DNA of 52,857 nucleotides from Chiloscyllium plagiosum. Lineage: Eukaryota. Shown here piece after piece: positions 34,169-45,930 of this stretch. Numbering within the stretch: position 1 is the first letter of the stretch; each line of letters opens with the position of its first letter. The stretch is from positions 5,526,701 through 5,579,557 of the forward strand of contig NC_057718.1 in the NCBI RefSeq assembly GCF_004010195.1, read 5' to 3'. Both the position numbers and the translations under genes were made by a program. The notes beneath the pieces were generated by a model, which searched no databases, was not told the origin of the DNA, and was given only the letters and a program-made list of their open reading frames with translations.

Positions 34169-35359
34169 TCACTTAGAATTTTGCCTGTCAGAGGATCATT
34201 AGTTTTTGGCTTTCTCATCCCCTGGGAGCAGAGGAGGCTAAACATATTCCAGGGTAAGTTAGACCGTTGATCAATAAGACTTACTGGGGATAGACAGGAA
34301 AGTGGGCTTAATAACATAAGGCAGCAGAACAGACGCGAGCAGTGAATGGTTTACTCCTGCTCCTAATTCTGATGTTACGATCATGATGGTGAGTGGAATT
34401 AAGTGGTGCTCACACGGATTCAGAGAGAGAGATCCAGTCTGGATTTCCACTTTGTGAGCTCTACTTTGTGAGCTGCATCGCGTATTAAGCCAACAGACGG
34501 AGCAGAGCAGAATAAAAATATGAAATTAGGCTCAATTGTCTTTTTGGGATCCTGAAGCCAGTAACTTGGAGAAATTGCCATCCGGCATGACAATTAGAAA
34601 TGCTATTTAAAGATGTTTCCTACTGGTCCATTCTCATTGTAAGCTCTGATTGCGTATACAAAACTTGTCACAGATTTAACTGAGTGGTGAATGAATGGAA
34701 ATTAATGTGGTGAAGTGATGAAAGAATTGATTGCTTCCTGCCTGTTCAAACTGTGCGTATGTCAAAGAGAGGGTATTCACCTTGGGCACAGAAGTCACTT
34801 TCCAATCAGTGACTATGTCATAATAATGTCGCTGGACTAGCAATCCAGAGAATGTGAGTTCAAGACTCACCATGACCGAAAATTTGACTTTAGTTCAAAC
34901 TCTGGAAATAAAAAGTGACCCTGTCATTTGGTTTTTTTCAAAGTTCACTAATGCCTTTACCTTGTTGTCCTGTGACTCTAGGCTCACAGCCATATAGTTG
35001 GGTCCAAATATCCCAGCAAGTTTTCGATTGTGTTAAAACCCCAACCGGGATTTCAGGAAGAAGGTGATTTGCGCTATCCTGGTAAGTAATTGTATTAAGG
35101 AACACAAAACCATAGTTGGTAACTGGAGTTAAAGTCTAAATATTTGCGGTAAATCTTTGAAAGATGTGGTTATGTTTCTAACATACAGCAATGTAGAGGA
35201 TATGTAAACATAGTGAGATTCCTCAAACACATGCAGAACTATTCTTGATGGATCCCTGTTATTATGTTAGTGATCTCATTTTAAGTAGTCAGAGCCATGT
35301 ATGAAGTGATAGCTATCACAAGGGTTAGGAAAATGTAACAACAGTCAATCATCAGTTCA

Positions 35360-35698
35360 TGACACAGTGGCTCAGTGGTTAGCACTGCTGCCTCACAGCA
35401 CCAGGGACCTGGATTTGATTCCAGCCTCAGGTGACTGTCTGTGTGAAGCTTGCACTTACCCCCTGTGTCTGTGGTCTGTGTGGGTTTCCTCTGGGTGCTC
35501 TGGTTTCCTCCCACAGTCCAAAGATGTGTAGGTCAGGTGAATTGGCCATGCTAAATTGCCCATAGTGTTGAGGGATGTGTAGGTTAGATGTATTAGTCAG
35601 GGGTAAATACAGAGTTATGGGTTTGGGTGGGATACTCTTCGGAGAGTCAGTTTGGACTTGTTGGGACAACGGGCCTGTTTCCACACTGTATGGATTCT
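35360..35698 (+). mobile_element. HE1-type SINE, full length
   Basis: A box tggctcagtgg, B-box-like ggatttgattcc, body and tail. Confidence 0.9.
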
Positions 35699-36183
35699 AA
35701 GATTAAAAGGAACAGCAGATTTGAGGGAATGAATGGCCTCCTCCCCTTCCTGTGTTGCTACACATTCAGTCCTCAATGGATTTCAAATATTATACTTGGC
35801 AATTTAAAAGCTGAGGACATCAGAAAATAAATATCCTTTCATTATTAATGCACCATTTACTGGTTCTTATTGGTGAAATATTTCATTGTGGTCAAAACCA
35901 CTTCAATATTTTATACCAATAGTTAGCAGTAAAGCCAATTTGAACCAATCATCGATTTGACTGGGTCACTGTCTAACCACTGTTTCCACAGCAACGCCAG
36001 TGAGAATAATAGACTATCCATACACACAGGCCATTGTAGGAGGGAGCATTGTCTTTATACTGCCATTTGCAATATCAGCCTCTGTTAAAGCTCTTGCAGT
36101 AAGTGACACAGTCTGACCTCCAGAAGCAGCAAGAGACACAACAGGCATTGGCAGTGAGATGGATGGTGGTCATGGGTGGTTTT

Positions 36184-36505
36184 GGAATTAGAATTAGAAT
36201 TAGAATCCCTGCAGTGTGGAAACAGGCCCTTCAGCCCAACAAATCCACACTGACCCTCTGAAAAGTAGCCCACCCAGAGTCATTCCCCTACATTTAACCC
36301 TTGACTAATGCACCTAACCAGCACATCCCTGAACAGTGTGGACAATTTAGCATGGCCAATTCACCTAACCTGCACATTGTTGAATTGTGGGAGGTAACTG
36401 GAACACCCAGAGGAAGGGAGAATGTGCAAACTCCACATAGACAGTTGCCCGAGGCTAGAATTGAGCCTGGGTCCTGGTGCTGCGAGGCAGCAGTGCTAAC
36501 CACTG
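36184..36505 (-). mobile_element. HE1-type SINE with (ttctaa)n tail
   Basis: Reverse complement of HE1; tail repeat at 36184-36205. Confidence 0.87.
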
Positions 36506-36529
36506 GGACATATATCTGGAGCCCTTTTA

Positions 36530-36800
36530 GGAATGAAGGATAGAGAAAAGGAGTGTGGTGTAAAAATGATGGAGAGCAATTGAAAATAAAAGAGACAAGA
36601 AACAGAATGAGAGGAAAGGCAGGGATGAGGGAGAGCTGGTTTGAGAGGGGAAGAAATGGAAGTGAGAAGTGACAAAGACAGAGGAAGAGGAAGAGAAACT
36701 CAAGAAGGGCAACAGAGAAAGGCAGAGAGAGGGAGAGGGGAAGAGTGAGAGGGAAAGGGAGGTAAAGAAGGATAGATATACAGAGGGAGATTTCTGGAGC
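36530..36800 (+). repeat. purine-rich (GA) low-complexity tract
   Basis: Strong A/G strand bias. Confidence 0.8.
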
Positions 36801-36934
36801 AAGGGGGTACCTATACGAATACCCTGAGGATATTTAGGGTGAACAGGTGGAAGAAGCTACGTCGACATGATGTCAGATCTCATGGGACTGAGACCCAATG
36901 GAGCAAGATACTAGTCAATTCAACTGAGCCAAAC

Positions 36935-37683
36935 TACATAGAAACAGGCCCTTTGGCCCACCATGCCCATGCTAACCAATAAACACCAAACCAAACTAAT
37001 TCCATTTACCTGCACTTGGTCCATAGCCTAATGTGCCCTGGCTCTTTAAGTGTTCATGCAGGTGTTTCTTCAATGCTGTGAGAGTACTTGCCTCCACCAC
37101 CCTCTCAGGCAGCACCTTCCATATTCCTACCAACCTCTGAGTGAAACAAAATTCTCAGATCTCATCTAAACCACTTGCTCCTCACCTTAAACTCATATTC
37201 TCTGATCTTAGACTCATCTGCCACTTAGGGGAAGAGATTCTCACCATCCACTGTGTCTATGCCTCTTGTAATTTTGAATACCTCAATCAGGCTTCCCCCC
37301 TCAGGCTCCTCTGTAACTGAGAAAACAAACCCAGCCTATACAGTCACTCCTCATAACTGAGACCTTTTTATCCCAGCAACATCCTGGTGAATCTCCTCTG
37401 CACCCTCTCCAGTGTAATCACGTCCTTCTGATAGCATGGCAAACAGAACTACGCACAGTATTCCATCTGAGGCCTAACCAATATTACATAAAGTTGCAAT
37501 GAAACTTCCTTGCTCCTATATTCTACTCCCTGACTATGAAGACAAGCATCCAATATGCCTTTTTCACCACCCTGCCTACCTGTTGATCTATGAACTTTCA
37601 AGGTTCCTTAGTAATCTCTTGGGACCTGCCATTCATTGTGTATATCCTTCCCTTATTAGACATCTCAAAATGAATTATCTCAT
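36935..37683 (-). mobile_element. CR1 LINE 3' fragment (older)
   Basis: Reverse-strand tail, WKVLPERVVEA-like segment, LVRPQMEYCA*F. Confidence 0.8.
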
Positions 37684-38175
37684 AGTTAGAGTCAGAGTGA
37701 TGTACAGAATGGAAACAGACCCTTCAGTCCAACTCGTCAATGCTGACCAGATATCCTAAATTAATCTAGTCCCATTTGCTGATATTTGGCCCATTTCCCT
37801 CTAATTCTTTTCTATTGATTTTCCCATCCAGATGCCTTTTAAATGTTGTTATTGACCAGCCTCCACCACTTCCTATGGTAGCTCATTCTACACAGGCAGT
37901 TCTTCTATAACACGATGGTTTCATTCTTGTGCAACCCCGTATTATGGAAGTCGTACATTAGAAACAGCACTTAAAGTGTTGGTGATGTAATCGTGTCACA
38001 GCCAACACATGTTTTAAAAGTTTGCACTTTAGGAACGGTATCCCCAATTCATCAGATGCACGTTGTCACAGAACGACTTGTACATGCACCACCCCATGCA
38101 TCAAATTGTTGTCATTTAGGTTCCTTTTAAATCATTCCCCTTTCACCTTAAACAAATGCCCTGTAGTTTTGTACT
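37684..38175 (-). mobile_element. CR1 LINE 3' end interrupted by a MITE
   Basis: Same subfamily as 40463-41028 and 47305-47720. Confidence 0.82.
37893..38080. mobile_element. MITE (same family as 15650-15859)
   Basis: TIRs caggcagttcttctataac / gttgtcacagaacgacttg; TA on the right; splits a CR1. Confidence 0.8.
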
Positions 38176-38388
38176 CTAATACCCAATACTCCATATCTGC
38201 ACTCCTTTAGCTCTGGCCTCTAGCTTGCTCTACCATTTGTAATGGTGCATTCAGTTGTTGAGGTCTCAGTGCAGGGGTTCCCTATGTAAACATTTCTGAA
38301 TCTCCATCTCTTCTTCCTCCAGTCTCACATGGACACAGTTGAACCTTTACTAGCTGATGAGGTGGCTCAGCAAATCAATCAGTTGTAT

Positions 38389-38568
38389 TCAATAGATGTG
38401 AAGCTGGAAAAGCACAGCAGGTCAGATAGCATCGAAGGAGCAGGAAAGTCAACGCTTCAGACCTGACGTTGACTTTCCTGCTCCTCGGGTGCTGTCTGAC
38501 CTACTGTGCTTTTCCAGCTTCACATCTATTGACTCTGACTTCCAGCATCTGCAGTCCTTACTGTCTCC
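38389..38568 (+). mobile_element. family-B PLE fold-back
   Basis: caatagatgtgaagctggaaaagcacag / ctgtgcttttccagcttcacatctattg; TSD tcaatcagtt at 38375-38384 and 38572-38581. Confidence 0.87.
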
Positions 38569-40211
38569 GAGTCAATCAGTTTGAACTCACCATCTTTCAC
38601 GAGAGAAAAGTAACTAAAACTGGTCTTGCTGGCTACACCCATAGCCCAAGAATGTGGTCCAACCTGTGTTTGGGAATAACTATCAGCAATCAACACAAAA
38701 GCAGCCCAAATGCAGCTGGCCTCCATGGCAACTGGTTTCTAAGTTATGAATAGGCGATTTCATGAGAGGAGAGAATAAACCAGAGAGGAAAACTTCACAA
38801 ACAGCAGGGAACAATTTCCTGAGGGGTTGATCCTTCTGGGAATTCTGACTCTCTGCATTATAGATTTATTCTGCATTCGTAACAGAAAAAAATGCAACTT
38901 TCATAATGGAAAACTCCTGAGAGTTGGACGTTTAATTGTTCCCTCACTGGCTGCTGTTACCAGGGTCACCAAGTTTCCCTAGCCTCCATTTGAAGGACAA
39001 ACAATGACCACGCCTCTGTTCTCTGCCAATGCCCAAATCTCTGATTCCCAAGTTACTTGTGAATGGAAAGGGAAATTGTCCATTGGCAGAAGTAATTGTG
39101 GAGACAGCCTGGGTGAGGGGATTAGAAACATGTGGAGGATTAACTCAATATCTGTAGTATGTGACTGCCATAAGCATACTGAGCATTTATTGCTCATCCT
39201 CAGTTGCCGTTGAGAGAGTGGTGCTGAGCCAACATCTTAACTACAGCTGAATGGCGTTATCCACTGTTTGACAGGGAAAGTCATGAACTAATCATGCCGC
39301 TGTGCGCCTGGAGTTGTACAAACGCTGGATCAGGCAAGGAGGACAGAATTCCTTTACTAAAAGTTATTAGCTAACCAAAAGGACTTTAATGACAATCTGA
39401 TAGTTTCATAATTACCATTGCAGAAATTGGCTTTTGAATCCCAGTTCGACTTCATTAATTGAATTCAACTTCTTTATCTGCCATGGTGAGATGTAACACA
39501 GAGGAAGCAAGTCAAAAAATGGAAATCTTGAATTTATCCAGCACCAAAATTAGACTACTGATATATCCTCTATGCTCTGTACCCACTTGCTGACAATATT
39601 GTTGGTAAATATCAGTGTTCATGTTCAAAATGTGTGGCCATCATGTCTTTACCCGAATATATTATATGGATGAATCGCTGTGCCTGAGCACACCCTAGAT
39701 GATATTCTCGAGTGTGCTTGGACAGGCTTCTTAAACCTGGATGAGCATCATGAGGTGAAGAAACCCCATTGTGGTGAAAGCCCAACTTCACCGACTGCCC
39801 CCAGGCTGTGTTCACCACGCACCTTGCTTCACATCATCCACAGACAACATTAACATTTTATTTCCCCAAAGAATTCACAGAAATTTGGAATTGAATGGCT
39901 CAATATGCTCTGCTTCCATGTACTAGACAGTCTGTTACATAGATCCATAGAGCATTCATGGAATGGGAATGTGTCTGGCTATGCCAGTATTTATTGCATA
40001 TTCCTACTTGTCCTTGCAAAGGAGGTGGTGAGCTGTCTTTTCAAATCATGGAAGTGACACCAGCAGTGCTGCTGGAAAGGGAGCAGGTTTTTGACCCAGC
40101 GACATTAAGGGAACAAAGATGTAATTAATTCGGGCTGACGTGTGTCTCAGAGGGGAGCTTTCAGTTGATGGAGTTCTATGCATACAACTCTTGTAGCCAT
40201 TGTATTTACAT

Positions 40212-40418
40212 CAAGCAAAAACTGAAATTGCTGGAGAAACACAGCAGATCGGGCTGGATCCGTGGAGAGAGATATAGTTATGTTTCGAGCCTTTCTGAAG
40301 AAGGGTCACTGGATTCGAAACATTAAGTTTGCTTTCTCTGCACAGAGGAGGTCATCCCGCTGAGTTTCTCCAGCAATTTTTGTTTTTGCTTTTGTTTTCC
40401 AGCATTCACATTCTTTAT
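40212..40418 (+). mobile_element. old PLE terminal-repeat fold-back
   Basis: aagcaaaaactgaaattgctggagaaacacagc / gctgagtttctccagcaatttttgtttttgctt; central CTGAAGAagggtcactggattcGAAA. Confidence 0.7.
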
Positions 40419-40462
40419 TTTACTTTGCGATCTTTATATGGCTGGTCCAATTCACTATCTGG

Positions 40463-41028
40463 ACATAGAGTCATTGAGTCATGGAGATGTACAGCACAGA
40501 AACAGACCATTTGGTCCAACTCGTCCATGCTGACCAGATATCCCAATCCAATCTAGTCCCATTTTCCAACATTTGGCCCATATCCCTCTAAACCCTTCCT
40601 ATTCATATCCCCACCCAGATGCCTTCTAAGTGCTGTAATTGTACCAGCCTCCACCACTTCCTCTGGCAGCTCATTCCATACAGGTACCACCCTGTGCATG
40701 AAAATGTTGCCCCTTAGGTCTCTTTTATATCTTTCCCCTCTCACCCTAAACCTATGCCCTCTAGTTCTGCACTCTTCCACCCCAGGGAAAAGACCTTGTC
40801 TATTTATCCTACCCATGCCCCTCATGATTTTATAAGCCTCTATGAAGTCACCCCTCAGCCTCCGACCCTCCAGGGAAAACAGCCCCAGCCTGTTCAGCCT
40901 CTCCCTATAGCTCAAATCCTCCAACCCTGGCAACGTCCTTGATCTTTTCTGAATCCTTTCAAGTTTCACAACATCCCTCTGATAGGAAGGAGACCAGAAT
41001 TGCATGCAATATTCCAAAAATGGCCAAA
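40463..41028 (-). mobile_element. CR1 LINE 3' end
   Basis: ORF 40553..41017 EYCMQFWSP...LSYRERLNRLGLFSLE.RRLRGD...WNELPEEVV. Confidence 0.93.
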
Positions 41029-41765
41029 TGGTAACTTCCAGTCGGGGGGCATTAGCATGGTGATACTATTGAATGTCAAGGAGATATGGTTAGTTTTTTT
41101 TTTATTGTTTGAAGTGACCATTGCCTGGCATTTGTGTGGCACAAATGTGACTTGCCACTTATAAATTCACACCTGATAATACCCAGATTTTGTTGCATAT
41201 GGACGTGGACTGCTTCAGTGTCTGAGGAATCATGAATATTGCTGAACAATATGCAATCATCAGCGAACACCTCCACTCATGTTGGAGAGAAGGCCGTTGA
41301 TGAAGATGGTCAGGCTTAGGAAGAACTAAATATTTTGTGGTGCCGTCAGCAGGACATTTGTTCCATTCCTCCTCTAGGTGCCAAATTCACAAGATGCCTC
41401 CAGGATTGTTGACCAGTGGTGTGTGGAACAGAGAGTTGGCAGCATGCCAGAGCATATGATATTGAAAGAAACACCCACTGCCATCTTACTGGCAACCTTG
41501 GTAGAACTGAAGTGGACTTCTCATCAGAATCCTTGTGGAACATGTCAGACAAGGAAAGGCTGCACCCCACTGCACCATCGCCTTCCCAGAGGTTATTTTG
41601 TAAGCAGTGAGGACACAGAGGCAGGCGCTGCTTCCACAGGAACTTGTAACGATGACCGTGAAACCATTGTCGGTTGTTGGCAAAGGACATCTGGTTCACC
41701 AATGTGCTTTTGGGAAGGAAACTGCTGTCCATGCACACATAAAGTCTACATATGACTCCAGACTC

Positions 41766-42082
41766 AATCATCATTCATTCATAGGCAGTCCCTCGCAGAT
41801 GAGGATGACTTTTTTCCACTCTCAGGGTGAGTCTGTAGGTAACTGTACAGATGGATGTGGTGACAATAGGCTGTGTTACACTGGGTCAGAAGGTTGTCCT
41901 GGGAAGGGGTGGGTGCGGCTCCTTCATTTGCTGTCGCCTGGCTTCCAGTTTCTCCTGACGGCAAGTCTTGAGGAGCTTAGCGCCTTTCTGAATGCTCCTC
42001 CTCCACTTTGGATGGTCTTCGGCCAGTGATTCCCAGCTGTCTATGGGAATGCCACACTTCACCAGTATGGCCTTGAGAAGTA
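41766..42082 (-). mobile_element. RTE-clade LINE 3' end inserted in a family-2 SINE
   Basis: LKAILVKCGIPIDSWESLAEDHPKWRRSI C-terminus; ends gagggactgcctatgaatgaatgatgat; SINE halves at ~41645-41765 and ~42083-42180. Confidence 0.72.
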
Positions 42083-42225
42083 CTACAATGCAGTTGGCTC
42101 CTAACCACTCCCTGGGCAATTAGGGAAGGGTAATAAATGCTGGAGTAGCCAGTGATATGCATATCTCATGAATAAATAAGAATAAAATTTTCCATTGTCC
42201 TTCCAGTAAACACAAACATTCCATT

Positions 42226-42616
42226 TCATAGAACATAGAACATAGAAAAATACAGCGCAGTACAGGCCCTTTGGCCCTCGATGTTGCGCCGATCCAAGCC
42301 CACCTAACCTACACTAGCCCACTATCCTCCATAAGCCTATCCAATGCCCGTTTAAATGCCCATAAAGAGGGAGAGTCCACCACTGCTACTGGCAGGGCAT
42401 TCCATAAACTCACGACTCGCTGAGTAAAGAATCTACCCCTAACATCTGTCCCACACCTACCACCCCTTAATTTAAAGCTATGCCCCCTTGTAATAGCTGA
42501 CTCCATACGTGGAAAAAGGTTCTCATGGTCAACCCAATCTAAACCCCTAATCATCTTGTACACCTCTATCAAGTCACCCCTAAACCTTCTTTTCTCCAAT
42601 GAAAACAGCCCCAACT
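42226..42616 (-). mobile_element. CR1 LINE 3' end (young) with (ttctatg)n tail
   Basis: ORF 42309..42644 LGLFSLEKRRFRGDLIEVYK...WNALP. Confidence 0.93.
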
Positions 42617-42959
42617 CCTTTCTATTCACTTGCTGTACCTGCATACTAACTTCTTATAATCCATGTCCATCTCTATTTAGGGGAGGCAACAGCTGGACTG
42701 TTATTATCCCTGGGCTGGTAATACAGAGACCCAAGTAATGTTTTGGGGATCCAGGTTCAAATCCTGCCAAAGGCTAAAATTTGAGTTCAATAAAAATCTG
42801 GAATTAAGAGCCTGATGATGACCATGAATCCATTTTTGATTGTTGGGGAAAATCCCATCTAGTTCACTAACACACTTTAGGGAAGGAAACTATCATCCTT
42901 ACCTGGTCTGTCCTACATGTGACTCCAGACCCACAGCACTGTGGTTAACTCTTAAACTG

Positions 42960-43174
42960 GGAGGAGAAAGTGAGGACTGCAGATGCTGGAGATCAGAGCT
43001 GAAAATGTGTTGCTGGAAAAGCGCAGCAGGTCAGGCAGCATCCAAAGAGCAGGCGAATCGACGTTTCGGGCATAAGCCCTTCTTCAGGAAGGGCTCATGC
43101 CCAAAACGTCGATTCTCCTGCTCCTTGGATGCTGCCTGACCTGCTGCACTTTTCCAGCAACACATTTTCAGCTC
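42960..43174 (-). mobile_element. family-B PLE fold-back
   Basis: ~85-bp inverted arms; perfect 15-bp TSD ttaactcttaaactg at 42945-42959 and 43175-43189. Confidence 0.93.
43056..43090 (-). ncRNA. minimal hammerhead-ribozyme-like motif (family B)
   Basis: ttc-CTGAAGA-A-GGGC ttat GCCC-GAAA-CGTC-gatt; palindromic ACGT stem III, GUC triplet; stem I only ~2 bp. Confidence 0.5.
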
Positions 43175-43259
43175 TTAACTCTTAAACTGCCCTCTGGGCA
43201 ATAAATGCTGGTCTAGCCAGCAACACTGTCATCCCAAGAATGAATAAAAAAAACTATAT

Positions 43260-43985
43260 AGGCACACCCAGATACCTCTGCACCTCAGAGATCTGCAAAC
43301 TCTCTCCATTTAAATTGGATACTAATTTTCTATTCTTCCTGCCAAAGTGGACAAGTTCACACTTTCTGACATTGTATTTCATCTGCCAAATGTTTGCCCA
43401 TTCACTCAACCTGGCTATATCAATTTGGCAACTCTATTCTTGACAACTTACATTCCTACCTATTTTGATGTCTCTGCAAATTTAGCTACCATACATTTGG
43501 CCCCTACATCCATGTTGTTGATAAAGATTGTAAATGATTCAGGCTTTAACACAGATTCCTGTGGCACTCTACTGGTCAATCTGTCATTTCAAAAAATGAT
43601 CCGTTTTAGCCTGACTCTCTGCCTGCTGTTTGCTAGCCAATCTTTTATCTATAATAATATGTGACTCTGAAGACTAGGCTTTCCAGTCTTGGGCAAAAAC
43701 TTCTGATGTGACATCCTCCCAAATGCATTTTGGAAATCTAAATACAAGATAACTCCTTTTTGCACTTCATCCGCCTTGCATGTTACTTCTTCAACAAACC
43801 CTAACAAGTTAGTTTAATTATGATTTCCCTTTCACACAGCCAATCTTGCTGCGCCTAATCACATTGAGTATTTAAAGTATCCTGTTTAACCTCTTTCGTG
43901 ATGGATTCTAACAATTTTCTTCTGATAGTCATTGGACTAACTGGCCTATAGCTTCTTGCTATTTGTCTCCTTTCCTTCTTGGATA
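43260..43985 (-). mobile_element. old CR1 LINE RT fragment
   Basis: Minus strand VAKFAETSKI and YLDFQNAF-like motifs. Confidence 0.72.
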
Positions 43986-44214
43986 AAGAAAGTTGTGGAT
44001 GCAGAGAAAAGTAAACAAATTGTAGAAGTTGCTGGAAGCAAAGAGCTATAAATACGGAGCAGACATTTTAACACACTATGATTAAAATCTGTTGTACACA
44101 TAGAATCTATTTCCACCTCTGTACTGAAACTATACAACACTGACCTCATTGTCGTACAAGTTAGTTAATACATGAAAAGGTTAACTGGTATCATAGAATA
44201 TACTTCTATTAGGA

Positions 44215-45050
44215 TTATATGGTGAATGGCAGAAATCTTAGGATCATTGGTATGCAGAGGGATCTGGGTGTGCAGGTCTACAAATCCCTGAAGGTGGCAG
44301 CACAGGTAGATAAGGTAGGAAAAAAGGCCAATAGCATATGTGCCTTCATTGGAAGTGGCATTGAGTATAAGATAGACAAGTTATGCTGCAGCTTTACAGA
44401 AGTTTAGTTAGGCCACACTTGGAATATTGTGTACAGTTCTGGTCACCACACTACCATAAGGATGTGAATGCTCTGGGGAGATTACAGCAAAGGTTTACCA
44501 AGATTCTGGATTAGTGGTGCTGGAAGAGCACAGCAGTTTAGGCAGCATCCGAGGAACTGCTGTGCTCTTCCAGCACCTCTAATCCAGAATCTGGTTTCCA
44601 GCATCTGCAGTCATTGTTTTTACCTTTACCAAGATGTTGCCTGGGATGGGGAATTTTAGCTATGAGGAAAGATTGGATAGACTGTTTTTACTGGAACGCA
44701 GGTGGCTGAGGGGTGACCTGATAGAAGTTTATAAGATTGTGAATGGCATGGATAGAGTATGAGGATTTTCCCCAGGGTGGAGGGGTCAATTACTAGGGGA
44801 CAGGTTGTGGGGGAGGGGGGTTTGAGAGGGAGTGTATAAGAGATTGGCGAAGCACGCTTTTCACACCATGATGATAAGTGCCTGGAACGTGCTGCTCGAG
44901 GAGGTGGTGGAAGCAGACATTTTAGCAACATTCAAGAAACACCTGGATGAATACACGAGTAGGAAGGGAATAGAGGGATACGGATCTGTCAGTGAAGACA
45001 GTTTTAGTATGGAGAAACAAAATGTATTGGCGCAGGCTTGGAGGGCTGAA
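44215..45050 (+). mobile_element. CR1 LINE 3' fragment
   Basis: QRDLGVQVYKSLKVAAQVDK, LVRPHLEYCVQFWSP, FKKHLD. Confidence 0.88.
44501..44624 (+). mobile_element. family-B-related PLE fold-back with deleted centre
   Basis: agattctggattagtggtgctggaagagcacagcagtt / aactgctgtgctcttccagcacctctaatccagaatct; TSD tttaccaagat at 44494-44504 and 44625-44635. Confidence 0.88.
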
Positions 45051-45499
45051 GATAAGGTAATAGTAATTATCCTTTTTTAACTATGACTGAAACGAGATTC
45101 TGCCTAAGGCTTCATGCAGACATCCTTCCCACATTATCAGTAGGCTGGGACAACATCAACAAGAAGGATTGCCATCACTGAATCTATGCAAGACATCCCA
45201 GGCGGTTCCAGCAGAAACCAAACTAGACCAGGCCTATGACTACTGCTGCTCCTGCACAGATACAGGTCAATCAGGTTGTGGTAGCTCACACTCTTATGCA
45301 GTCCTGTGGAAATGCTTGCATACTTGGACACTTAGGCATCTACACTCCTTGACAATCTCACTCAGACACAAATATTCAGATACACACACACTCAAATGTA
45401 CTCACACATTCAGATGCATGCATGCACTTTCACCAGGTTACATAGCTACACATAAACGTAGTGCTCACGAGTACACGAGTGTTAGCGATGAATTTGAGT

Positions 45500-45930
45500 A
45501 AACTTGTATTCCTTGGAATATGGAAGATTAAACAGTGATCCAACCAAAATGTCTCAAATAGTTGGAAGATTTGAGAGGGTCGATAGAGAAAATCCATCTT
45601 TTATAGTAAGGGAATCCAGAAGAAGGGAGACCAAACTCAGGCAATTGGGACTAGTTCAGTTTCGGAAACCTGGTCAGCATGGATGAGTTGGGCCGAAGGG
45701 TCTGTTCCCATAATGTATGATTCCATGGCTCTGTAATCTTAAAACTGTGTAATCTTAAAATTAAAGTTCTGAATGCTGGGAGTCAGCTGAGGCCTTCAAG
45801 ACTGAGATTAATAAATTTTTTATTGTTTGTCAAGGGATATGCAACAAAGATAAATGATTGGATTAAACTACAAACCAGCCATAATCTGAATGAATGGCAG
45901 AATGGGTGAGACAGGCTGAAACACCTCCTG
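45500..45930 (+). mobile_element. old CR1 3' fragments (nested tails)
   Basis: LYSLEYGRL-like segment; a second CR1 tail at ~45640-45733. Confidence 0.65.

Larger units (their letters stand above)
42679..43250 (+). mobile_element. SINE family 2 split by a PLE fold-back
   Basis: Head ggggaggcaacagc, box B ggttcaaatcc, tail resumes at 43175. Confidence 0.85.

Noticed and set aside
35051..35081. Micro-exon ending in CTG/GTAAGT
   Set aside because: Falls in a degenerate SINE/LINE tail and has no polypyrimidine tract.
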